Source: a virus. From it: a stretch of 64,000 nt of DNA. The notes beneath the pieces were generated by a model. It saw only the letters and a program-made list of their open reading frames with translations, was not told the DNA's origin and did not search any database. The position numbers and the translations under genes are program-made. The DNA is taken from the IMG/VR virus record IMGVR_UViG_3300034095_000847, one strand, 5' to 3'. Below are positions 1 through 8,480 of the stretch, one piece after another. Position 1 is the first letter of the stretch; the number at the start of each line of letters is the position of its first letter.

Positions 1-654
1 TTTACAAGTCAACCATCAGTATCTGGAACTACCGTAGTTAATAAAGTAATGTTCAAAGATGAAATTACTCCTGCCGGAAGTACCACTATTAGTAAATATG
101 TTTCTAATAATATTGTACTTAATCAAGTTTGTGGATATTTAAAAATAAATTTTGCCGCCAATGTTCCTGTTGGTTCTGATGTGTTTGTATATTATAAAGC
201 AATAAAATCAGGTGATATTGAAGGTTTGAATTGGATTAAAATAGAACCACCTACTCCAGTAATAAAAACTGACATAAATGATTTTATGCTTACTGATTAT
301 CATTATAATGTAGAAACAGACAAAATTATTAATATTGATGCAATTAGTGGTGTTTCTGGTGCAAGTACAATTTTAATACCTACAACTACAGGCGTTGCAG
401 TTGGAGCATTAGTAACTGGTCTTGGTGTTGGTACAGCAGCAGTGATTACTGCTATTACTGATGGTACAGGTACTGATGCAGGCAAATCTACATTAACAAT
501 GTCTGTTGTCAATGCAAGTATTGTTCAAGGTACTATTAATATTCATTCAACTACTGGTCAATTTGATACTGTTGCTGTTAAGTTAGTAATGCAATCTACA
601 AATACCTGTGCTGTTCCAACTATTAAAGATTTGAGAATTATTGCTTGCGCATAA
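1..654 (+). CDS. C-terminal part of a large virion structural protein (VrlC/DUF4815-like); 5' end lies outside the window
   Basis: Frame is open from base 1. C-terminus ...VPTIKDLRIIACA resembles the large structural protein ending the baseplate cluster in aquatic T4-like phages. Confidence 0.6.
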   Translation, partial: FTSQPSVSGTTVVNKVMFKDEITPAGSTTISKYVSNNIVLNQVCGYLKINFAANVPVGSDVFVYYKAIKSGDIEGLNWIKIEPPTPVIKTDINDFMLTDYHYNVETDKIINIDAISGVSGASTILIPTTTGVAVGALVTGLGVGTAAVITAITDGTGTDAGKSTLTMSVVNASIVQGTINIHSTTGQFDTVAVKLVMQSTNTCAVPTIKDLRIIACA

Positions 655-655
655 T

Positions 656-880
656 ATGAAATATTTAAAAGTAACTGGAAATACTGATTTAGTACGGGAT
701 GCAGAGTCCCGTGCTATAATCAATACATCAGATAATGGATATAATGAATATATGAATAAAAGAAATATGCAATTATATCAAAGGGATTTGATTGCACGTC
801 AAGATAATGAAATACAGATGTTGAAAAATGATATTAGTGACATAAAACAAATGTTATTAACATTAATAAATAATAAATAA
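656..880 (+). CDS. small hypothetical protein with C-terminal coiled coil
   Basis: MKYLKVTGNTDLVRD...EIQMLKNDISDIKQML; ATG at 656 directly after the upstream stop. Confidence 0.6.
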   Translation: MKYLKVTGNTDLVRDAESRAIINTSDNGYNEYMNKRNMQLYQRDLIARQDNEIQMLKNDISDIKQMLLTLINNK

Positions 881-908
881 GTAAATATACTGTTAACAGG
901 ATAAATTA

Positions 909-2834
909 ATGGCTGCTATAACTACTCGATCAACTGCAGGAACAGGTGCAACGGTTAAAAATTCAACATTAACCAATGCTGAGGTTGATAACAACTTTAT
1001 TAATTTAAATGTTGATATACAAACAAGACTATTAAAAACTGGTGGAACAAATTTATATATCGGTAGTCAAGCAAATTCTACAAGATTTCCAAATTCAATT
1101 ACTGTATTTTCAAGTGTTGCTTCGGGTATTCAAAAAAACGAATCACATAATATTGGTTTAGCATCAGAAAATACAGGATCTTTTTTAGCTAAAACTATTG
1201 TTACAGGTTCATCAGGTGGAACTACTATTACACTTAGTGATGTAGCAGGAATATATATTGGGCAAGTTGTTTCTGCAACTGGGGTAGCTAGTGAAGCTAT
1301 TATAACAAATATTAATACAGGAACAAATGTAGTCACACTATCTATTGCTAATACTGGTATTCCTTCAGGAACTGCTAATATCATAGCGTATGGCGTAGGT
1401 GCTTATGGTATAGGATATACTAGTGGTGGATGTACAGGTATTGGTGTAATAGGTGAAGCTCATGTAAATATAAGTAGTGCTTCAGGAAGAGCAATTGGAG
1501 TTAAAGGATATTCTAATGATACTCATGCAAGCGGTTCTAATATAGGTTTATATGGTTCTGCTGAAAATGGACTTACAAATTATAGTTTATATTTAAATGA
1601 GGGTGATATCTATAGTAAAAGCGCTGTAAATAAAACTTGGTATCTAAATTCAAATTTAACTTTTTCAAGTGTTAGTGGATCTTATAGCGTAACTATACCG
1701 CAATTAGTTTTAGGAATAGATTTAGCAGTTTCTCAAGGTGGAACAGGTGCATCTTCATTTACTACAAATGCTGTCTTACTTGGAAATGGCGGAGGTTCAT
1801 TTCAAACTGTTTCTCCAGGTACAAGTGGAAATGTATTATTGTCAAATGGTAGTACCTGGATTAGTTCAACAGTATCATCATCTTTTGTAACAACTGCTTT
1901 AGGATTTACTCCATATAATTCTACAAATCCAAATGGATATATTTCTGGAATTACTTACGCTAATGTTATTAGTGCTTTAGGATTTACTCCTTATAATTCT
2001 ACTAATCCTAGTGTATATATAACTTCAGGAGGAATTACTTACGCTAATGTTATTAGTGCTTTAGGTTTTACTCCATATAATTCTACAAATCCAAATGGAT
2101 ATATTTCAGGAATTACTAGTGGTAATGTAACTACTGCTTTAGGATTTACTCCTTATAATTCTACAAATCCAAATGGATATATTTCTGGAATTACTAGTGG
2201 CAAAGTAATTACTGCTTTAGGTTTTACTCCATATAATTCTACAAATCCAAATGGATATATTTCAGGAATTACTAGTGGCAAAGTAATTACTGCTTTAGGT
2301 TTTACTCCATATAATTCTACTAATCCTAATGGATATATAACTTCAGCAGGAAGTGCTGATTATGCAAATAGTTCTGGTAGTGCTGATAGTGCAACAACAT
2401 TTACTAGTACAACCCAAAATTCAAGATTTAAGTCTTTAGGTGTAGGTACTAATGCTTCAGAGGTAACTGGAGAAATTAGAGCAACTGGAAATATAACTGG
2501 ATTTTTTTCTTCTGATAAAAAATATAAAGACAATATTAGAGACATTGATGGTGTTTTAGAAAAAGTAGTTTCAATAGGTTCTAAATATTTTGATTGGACA
2601 GATGATTATATTAATGATCATGGTGGAGAAGATGGATACTTTGTTCAAAAATCTGACTTTGGAGTAGTTGCTCAAGATGTTCAAGCAGTATTTCCACAGG
2701 CAGTAAAACAACGTGAAGATGGTTCTCTTGCGGTAGATTATGCAAGACTTGGTGTTTTGTCCTTTGGAGCTATTTCTGAATTGCAAAAACAAATAAATGA
2801 ATTAAAAGAAATAATTAATAAAATTACTTCTTAA
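909..2834 (+). CDS. tail fibre protein with C-terminal intramolecular chaperone (peptidase S74-type)
   Basis: N-terminal LTNAEVDNNFINL, G/S/T-rich body, SDKKYKDNI autocleavage motif, GVVAQDVQAVFPQAV, C-terminal coiled coil. Confidence 0.8.
   Translation: MAAITTRSTAGTGATVKNSTLTNAEVDNNFINLNVDIQTRLLKTGGTNLYIGSQANSTRFPNSITVFSSVASGIQKNESHNIGLASENTGSFLAKTIVTGSSGGTTITLSDVAGIYIGQVVSATGVASEAIITNINTGTNVVTLSIANTGIPSGTANIIAYGVGAYGIGYTSGGCTGIGVIGEAHVNISSASGRAIGVKGYSNDTHASGSNIGLYGSAENGLTNYSLYLNEGDIYSKSAVNKTWYLNSNLTFSSVSGSYSVTIPQLVLGIDLAVSQGGTGASSFTTNAVLLGNGGGSFQTVSPGTSGNVLLSNGSTWISSTVSSSFVTTALGFTPYNSTNPNGYISGITYANVISALGFTPYNSTNPSVYITSGGITYANVISALGFTPYNSTNPNGYISGITSGNVTTALGFTPYNSTNPNGYISGITSGKVITALGFTPYNSTNPNGYISGITSGKVITALGFTPYNSTNPNGYITSAGSADYANSSGSADSATTFTSTTQNSRFKSLGVGTNASEVTGEIRATGNITGFFSSDKKYKDNIRDIDGVLEKVVSIGSKYFDWTDDYINDHGGEDGYFVQKSDFGVVAQDVQAVFPQAVKQREDGSLAVDYARLGVLSFGAISELQKQINELKEIINKITS
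1887..2346 (+). repeat. six tandem ~78-bp (26-aa) coding repeats ALGFTPYNSTNPNGYISGITxxxVxx
   Basis: GCTTTAGG(A/T)TTTACTCC at 1896, 1974, 2058, 2136, 2214 and 2292. Confidence 0.95.
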
Positions 2835-2848
2835 TGATATTTAAAACT

Positions 2849-2856
2849 TATAAATA
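2849..2856 (+). promoter_or_regulatory. T4-type late promoter
   Basis: Intergenic TATAAATA upstream of ORF 2885; gp55 is encoded in the window. Confidence 0.75.
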
Positions 2857-2884
2857 ATATATAATTACATAAAAGAGAAATACT

Positions 2885-3130
2885 ATGACTGAAATAGACT
2901 ATTCTGATGCGATTGCTAATGCAAACCCAACTGATGCACCGTTAATATATACTTCAAAGGGTAATATTCCTGAAGCTGCTTTGACATATAAAACCGAGTG
3001 GATTGTAGAATCTGCATATATTTTGTTCGGTGAAAAATGGTTTTTAGGTGATGAATTAGTGAAATCAAACGCTCACACTTACACAAATAATCCATTTGGA
3101 CAACTTGGCGTAGAACAATCAACTTTTTAA
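2885..3130 (+). CDS. hypothetical protein
   Basis: 81-aa ORF after a late promoter. Confidence 0.6.
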   Translation: MTEIDYSDAIANANPTDAPLIYTSKGNIPEAALTYKTEWIVESAYILFGEKWFLGDELVKSNAHTYTNNPFGQLGVEQSTF

Positions 3131-3148
3131 ATTTAAGGAAATACAAAA

Positions 3149-3604
3149 ATGGCAAATACTGCAGGTTTATGCAATACTTTTAAAACTGATTTAATGAACG
3201 GAGTTCATGCATTTTCTATTGCTACAGGTGGTAAAGCAGCAGCAGATACATTTTATGGTGCATTGTACTTAGCAACTGCTACATTATCTTCAGCATCGGG
3301 TGCTTATACAACATCCGGTGAAATTTCAGCAACTGGTACTTATGCTGCCGGCGGCCAGGTAATTACTAATGCTTCTGCTCCAGCAAATACTGCTGGTACA
3401 ACTTATTGGACTCCTTCTGGTTCAATGACTTGGACAGGTGTTACTATTACTGGTTTTGATACCCTGTTAATATACAACTCAACTGTAGCAGGTAAAAATG
3501 CTGTTGGTGTGTTTACATTCTCATCACAAAGTATTACTTCAGGTACTTTTACATTGACAATGCCTACAAATAACAGTACCACTGGTTTAATTCGTATTGC
3601 TTAA
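3149..3604 (+). CDS. putative virion structural protein
   Basis: AAGGA RBS; A/G/T-rich 151-aa ORF in the structural cluster. Confidence 0.6.
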   Translation: MANTAGLCNTFKTDLMNGVHAFSIATGGKAAADTFYGALYLATATLSSASGAYTTSGEISATGTYAAGGQVITNASAPANTAGTTYWTPSGSMTWTGVTITGFDTLLIYNSTVAGKNAVGVFTFSSQSITSGTFTLTMPTNNSTTGLIRIA

Positions 3605-3623
3605 TAAATAAAAGAGGATTTAA

Positions 3624-3962
3624 ATGGCAACGGTTGCTAATCTATTTGTAGATGCAGGTGCTGATTATAGTAATATAATTACTGTTGCAGCATCAACTAC
3701 TATACCGCTAAATTTGACTGGTTTTACAGCAAAATCACAGATGCGTAAATCGTATAGTTCATCTGTTGCCTTTAACTTTAACACTACAATTTATGATGCT
3801 GTTGCAGGTAAAGTTCGTATCCAATTAACCTCATCTGAATCAGGAGCAATACCTCCTGGTAGATACCTTTATGATATTGAGATAACACAAACAAACACTG
3901 GAATAAAAACAAGAGTCATCGAAGGGATAGTTACAATAACACCACAGATAACGCAGATATAA
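3624..3962 (+). CDS. putative structural protein (BppU-like beta domain)
   Basis: LNLTGFTAKSQMRKSY...GRYLYDIEI...RVIEGIVTITP pattern common in aquatic T4-like phages. Confidence 0.6.
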   Translation: MATVANLFVDAGADYSNIITVAASTTIPLNLTGFTAKSQMRKSYSSSVAFNFNTTIYDAVAGKVRIQLTSSESGAIPPGRYLYDIEITQTNTGIKTRVIEGIVTITPQITQI

Positions 3963-3963
3963 T

Positions 3964-4206
3964 ATGGCAGATATTATTGCAATAGTAGATCAAAACCATT
4001 TAACTGCATCGGTTGGATATGATACGGGACCATACGTTTCAACTAATTTAGCAAACCCGGCAATACTTGGTTCTATATCTGATATAGGTGATGTAGATAC
4101 CTCGATTATACAAAATGGTTCGGTACTTGTATTTAATTCTACTACAAATAAATGGACATCCACCATACATCTTGATTTACAAGATATGGAAGCTGGCGAA
4201 TTTTAA
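3964..4206 (+). CDS. hypothetical virion-associated protein
   Basis: DIGDVD...NGSVLVFNSTTNKW fibre-type motif. Confidence 0.55.
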   Translation: MADIIAIVDQNHLTASVGYDTGPYVSTNLANPAILGSISDIGDVDTSIIQNGSVLVFNSTTNKWTSTIHLDLQDMEAGEF

Positions 4207-4222
4207 CGGAGATAACTAAAAA

Positions 4223-6805
4223 ATGGCATCAACCATAAGAATTAAAAGAAGTACAGTCAGCGGGAATCCAAGTGCTCTTGCCGCAGGCGAAATGGCGTAT
4301 TCAGCTTTAACCGATAATGGTAGTAATGGTGGCGATAGACTTTATATTGGTATAGGTACAGAAACGGCAGGAAATGCTACAAACCATTATATAATAGGTG
4401 GTAAATATTTTACCGACATGTTGGATCAGTCTCCTGGGACTCTTACTGCATCATCTGCTATAGTTGTTGATTCTAATAGTAAAATCAATAATATTAATGT
4501 AGGTAATATTACCCTTACAGGTTCTACTAATACTATTAGTTCAACAAATACTAATGGTGATATTGTTCTTACACCTAATGGTACTGGAAAAACTATAATC
4601 ACTAATCCATATATTGGTGATAATGCAACTCCATTATCAGAATATATTTACGATACTGTTGGTGGAGCAGTTACTGCTGGTACCGGTATTACAGTTGCAA
4701 ATAGTGATGGTGGTAATACAACTACAATTTCTATTACAAATACTACTGTAAGTGCTAATACATATGGTTCTGCTACGGCAATCCCTGTAATTACTGTTAA
4801 TGCTCAAGGTCAACTTACAAATGTAACTACTGCATCAGTAGCATCTAGTTTAAATATTTCGGGTGATACTGGAACAGATGCGGTTGCTTTATTATCAGAT
4901 ACACTAATATTTATTGGAGGCAATGGACTTACTTCTGCGATAACAAATAATACTGTTACATTTGATATTGATACTACTGTAGTTACGTTAGCAGATACTC
5001 AAACACTACAAAATAAAACACTAACACTACCAACTATTGGTGGTACCGGTGCTAAGTTTAATGGTTCATCTTCAGGTACTATTACTGTTTTAGCTACAGC
5101 AACTGCCGGTGTTAATTCATTAACATTACCTGCAGATACTGATACCTTAGTAGGTAAGGCGACAACAGATACATTTACAAATAAAACCTTTAATACTGCC
5201 GGTATAGGTAATAGTTTTAGTATTAATAGTAATGCAATTACTGCATATACTGGTACTGGTGCGACAGTTGTATTAGCAACTACACCTAGTATTTCAGGTG
5301 GTATTAATTTTACCGGCAGTATTAGTGGACAAACTACTTTAACAACAAATGGTGCTGCTTCAGGTATATTAACATTACCTGCTGCTACAGATACATTAGT
5401 TGGTAAAGCAACAACAGATATATTTACAAATAAATCAATTAGTGGTTCTACAAATACATTTACTAATATTGGTAATAGTGCACTTGTTAATACCTCAGTT
5501 ACCTTTGGTTCTACAACTGTTGCCTTAGGTGCGGTCTCTACAACACTTATTGGATTAACAGAATTAGCTATTGATAATATTAATATTAATGGTAATACTA
5601 TATCATCTACTGATACTAATGGTAATATTTCATTAGATCCAAATGGTACAGGTACAGTTGATGTTAATGGAGCAAGAATTACAAATCTTGCAACTCCAAC
5701 TACTGGAAACGACGCTGTAACAAGAGATTATGTTGATAATAAAATAACCGGTTTAACCTGGAAACAAGCAGCAAACTTGTTGGCAAGTTCAAATGTTCCA
5801 TTAACTGGTAGCACAGGAACAGTATCTATTGATGGTCATAGTGCATTAACACAAGCACATGGTGATGGATATCGTCTGTTATTAATTGGCCAATTAACAC
5901 CGTCTGATAATGGTATCTATGTATACAGTGATAATGGTACTACCTACACATTAACAAGACCGTCTGATGCTGATACTTATGATGAGTTGATCGGTATGTC
6001 GATCTTCATCATGGAAGGTAGCACTTATGCTAATACTGGTTGGGTACAATCAAATCATTATATAACAAGTTTCAGTAATCAAAACTGGGTACAATTTTCA
6101 GGTGCAGGTGCTTATACAGCAGGTGATGGTTTAGGTCAATCTGGAACTACATTCTTTGTACAAGCTTCTGCTACTGGCGGCATAGAAGTTGCTGCTGATT
6201 ATCTACAATTAAAATCAACTGTTGCTGGAGATGGTTTAACATTAACTTCCGGTGTTCTTGATGTAGTTGGTACTGCAAGTAGAATCACAAGTAATGCTAA
6301 TAGTATAGATATTGCTTCTACTTATGTAGGTCAATCTTCTATTACTACATTAGGTACTATTACAACAGGTGTTTGGTCAGGAACAGTAATAGCTTCTGCT
6401 AAAGGTGGAACGGGAGTATCTAATTCAAGTACAATTACACTAGGTGGAAATATTTCCACCGCTGGAGCATTTAGTACTAGTGGTGCCTTTGCTATTACTC
6501 TTACAGCAACTGCTATAACTTCTGTTACATTACCTATAACTGGAACTTTATCAACTCTTGCGGGTTCTGAGGCATTAAGTAATAAAACAATTACTGCTTC
6601 ATCTTTTAGTGGTACTACAGTTGCTGCTTCAGGTAATATAACATTTACTTCTGTTACCGATGCTTCTGCCCTTGGAACTGCTCCAGTTGTATTAAGTGGT
6701 GGTTTATCTGTTGCTAAAGCAATATATGTTGGTACTAATATTACCGGAGCAGGTGCTTCTACATCTACTTTAGATGGATTTAATATCGACGGCGGTACAT
6801 ACTAA
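4223..6805 (+). CDS. long tail-fibre-like structural protein
   Basis: MASTIRIKRS...LAAGEMAY N-terminus, T/G/S-rich repeats, RITNLATPT..DAVTRDYVD motif, ends IDGGTY. Confidence 0.75.
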   Translation: MASTIRIKRSTVSGNPSALAAGEMAYSALTDNGSNGGDRLYIGIGTETAGNATNHYIIGGKYFTDMLDQSPGTLTASSAIVVDSNSKINNINVGNITLTGSTNTISSTNTNGDIVLTPNGTGKTIITNPYIGDNATPLSEYIYDTVGGAVTAGTGITVANSDGGNTTTISITNTTVSANTYGSATAIPVITVNAQGQLTNVTTASVASSLNISGDTGTDAVALLSDTLIFIGGNGLTSAITNNTVTFDIDTTVVTLADTQTLQNKTLTLPTIGGTGAKFNGSSSGTITVLATATAGVNSLTLPADTDTLVGKATTDTFTNKTFNTAGIGNSFSINSNAITAYTGTGATVVLATTPSISGGINFTGSISGQTTLTTNGAASGILTLPAATDTLVGKATTDIFTNKSISGSTNTFTNIGNSALVNTSVTFGSTTVALGAVSTTLIGLTELAIDNININGNTISSTDTNGNISLDPNGTGTVDVNGARITNLATPTTGNDAVTRDYVDNKITGLTWKQAANLLASSNVPLTGSTGTVSIDGHSALTQAHGDGYRLLLIGQLTPSDNGIYVYSDNGTTYTLTRPSDADTYDELIGMSIFIMEGSTYANTGWVQSNHYITSFSNQNWVQFSGAGAYTAGDGLGQSGTTFFVQASATGGIEVAADYLQLKSTVAGDGLTLTSGVLDVVGTASRITSNANSIDIASTYVGQSSITTLGTITTGVWSGTVIASAKGGTGVSNSSTITLGGNISTAGAFSTSGAFAITLTATAITSVTLPITGTLSTLAGSEALSNKTITASSFSGTTVAASGNITFTSVTDASALGTAPVVLSGGLSVAKAIYVGTNITGAGASTSTLDGFNIDGGTY

Positions 6806-6814
6806 TAGTATTCA

Positions 6815-6837
6815 GGGGAGTTATTACTCCCCCTTTT
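6815..6837 (+). terminator. rho-independent terminator
   Basis: GGGGAGT-TATT-ACTCCCC followed by CTTTT. Confidence 0.75.
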
Positions 6838-6860
6838 ATTAATCCTTTTTAGGAATCACA

Positions 6861-8453
6861 ATGGCAAACACAGTTCTATTAAAGAAGTCTTCTGTTGCTT
6901 CTAAAGTCCCATTAACTACTGATTTAGCTTACGGTGAATTAGCATTAAATTATACAGATGAAAAACTGTATTTTAAAAATGCATCTAATGTAATTAAATC
7001 TTTAAATGTAACTTCATCCGCGTTAACTATTGGTACAGGTCTTTCAGGTACTTCATATAATGGATCTTCTGCAGTTACTATTGCTATAGATTCTACAGTT
7101 ACTACATTAACTGGTTCTCAAACTCTTACAAATAAAACTCTTACTTCTCCTACAATTAATACAAGTACTATTTCAGGTGGTACATTAAACAATTGTATTA
7201 TTGGTGGAACTACAACCGCAGCAGGTTCATTTACAACAGTAACTGCATCAGGAATTGTAAGTGGTTCAGAATTAACTTCATCTAATTCTGATGCTGATGA
7301 AGGCGGACAAATCAATTTAGCAAAACCACTAACTAATACTACATTAGGTGGCGGTGTTACAATTGATGTTTACCAAAATAAATTACGAATTTTTGAACAA
7401 GGTGGAACTGCTAGAGGAGTTTATATTGATTTAACTGCTGCTGGTGCTGGAGTAGCTACAAGTTTACTTGGTGGATCTGGTTCAGTAACTTCTGTTTCTA
7501 TTGTATCTGCTAATGGATTTGCCGGTACTGTAGCGACAAGTACCTCAACTCCGACTATTACCTTATCAACTTCTATTACTGGAATATTAAAGGGAAATGG
7601 AACAGCAATAAGTGCTGCTATTGTAGGTACTGATTATGCATCTCCTTCTCAAACAATGTTTATTGGATCTACATCAGTTGCTATCAATAGATCAAGTGCT
7701 AATCTCGCATTGACTGGTATAAGTTCAGTTACATTATCTGGAAGCACTTCTGGTACTGTTCAATTAATTCCTACGGCCGCGGTTGGTACTGGTACAATAT
7801 TAACAATACCTGCAACTACAGGTACTATAGTTACTACTGGGGATACCGGTACTGTTACTAGTACAATGATTGCCGATGGTACAATTGTTAATGAAGATAT
7901 TAATGCATCTGCCGCAATAGCAGTTTCTAAACTTTCTGCTAGTACTATTTCAGGTGTTACACTTGGATCAAACCTTAATGCCTTAACAATTGGTACTGGA
8001 CTTTCAGGTACAAGTTTTAATGGATCTGCCGGAGTAACAATTGCAATTGATTCTACTGTAGCTACATTAACTGGTTCTCAAACATTATCAAATAAATCAT
8101 TAAATGCCTTTGATATTAAAACTGGCACTACAACAATTGTTAATGAAAATGTAATTCAAGCAACTGTTGCAACAGTATCTCAAACTGCAATAGATACATT
8201 TGCTGTTGCTACATATAGATCAGCAAAATATATTGTACAAATAACTCAAGGAACAAATTATCAAGTTTCAGAAATCCTTGTTATTCATAATGATACTACT
8301 ACTACTATGACTGAATATGGTATGATGAATACCAACGGATCTCTTGGAACATTTGCTACAGATATTAATACTGGCAATGTTAGATTACTTGTAACAATGG
8401 GATCAGCAACTTCAGCAACTATAAATATATCAAGAACAACAATGGTTGTATAA
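6861..8453 (+). CDS. tail-fibre-like structural protein
   Basis: LAYGELALNYTDEKLYFKN N-terminus; repeated LTIGTGLSGTS.NGS..VTIAIDSTV.TLTG.QTL.NK motif; C-terminal YRSAKYIVQI domain. Confidence 0.7.
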   Translation: MANTVLLKKSSVASKVPLTTDLAYGELALNYTDEKLYFKNASNVIKSLNVTSSALTIGTGLSGTSYNGSSAVTIAIDSTVTTLTGSQTLTNKTLTSPTINTSTISGGTLNNCIIGGTTTAAGSFTTVTASGIVSGSELTSSNSDADEGGQINLAKPLTNTTLGGGVTIDVYQNKLRIFEQGGTARGVYIDLTAAGAGVATSLLGGSGSVTSVSIVSANGFAGTVATSTSTPTITLSTSITGILKGNGTAISAAIVGTDYASPSQTMFIGSTSVAINRSSANLALTGISSVTLSGSTSGTVQLIPTAAVGTGTILTIPATTGTIVTTGDTGTVTSTMIADGTIVNEDINASAAIAVSKLSASTISGVTLGSNLNALTIGTGLSGTSFNGSAGVTIAIDSTVATLTGSQTLSNKSLNAFDIKTGTTTIVNENVIQATVATVSQTAIDTFAVATYRSAKYIVQITQGTNYQVSEILVIHNDTTTTMTEYGMMNTNGSLGTFATDINTGNVRLLVTMGSATSATINISRTTMVV

Positions 8454-8480
8454 TTTTAATCTTGTGGATAGGGAAATGAG

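Noticed and set aside
1887-2346. CRISPR array or diversity-generating retroelement repeats
   Set aside because: The repeats are in-frame coding units without unique spacers, and no cas or reverse transcriptase gene is in the window.
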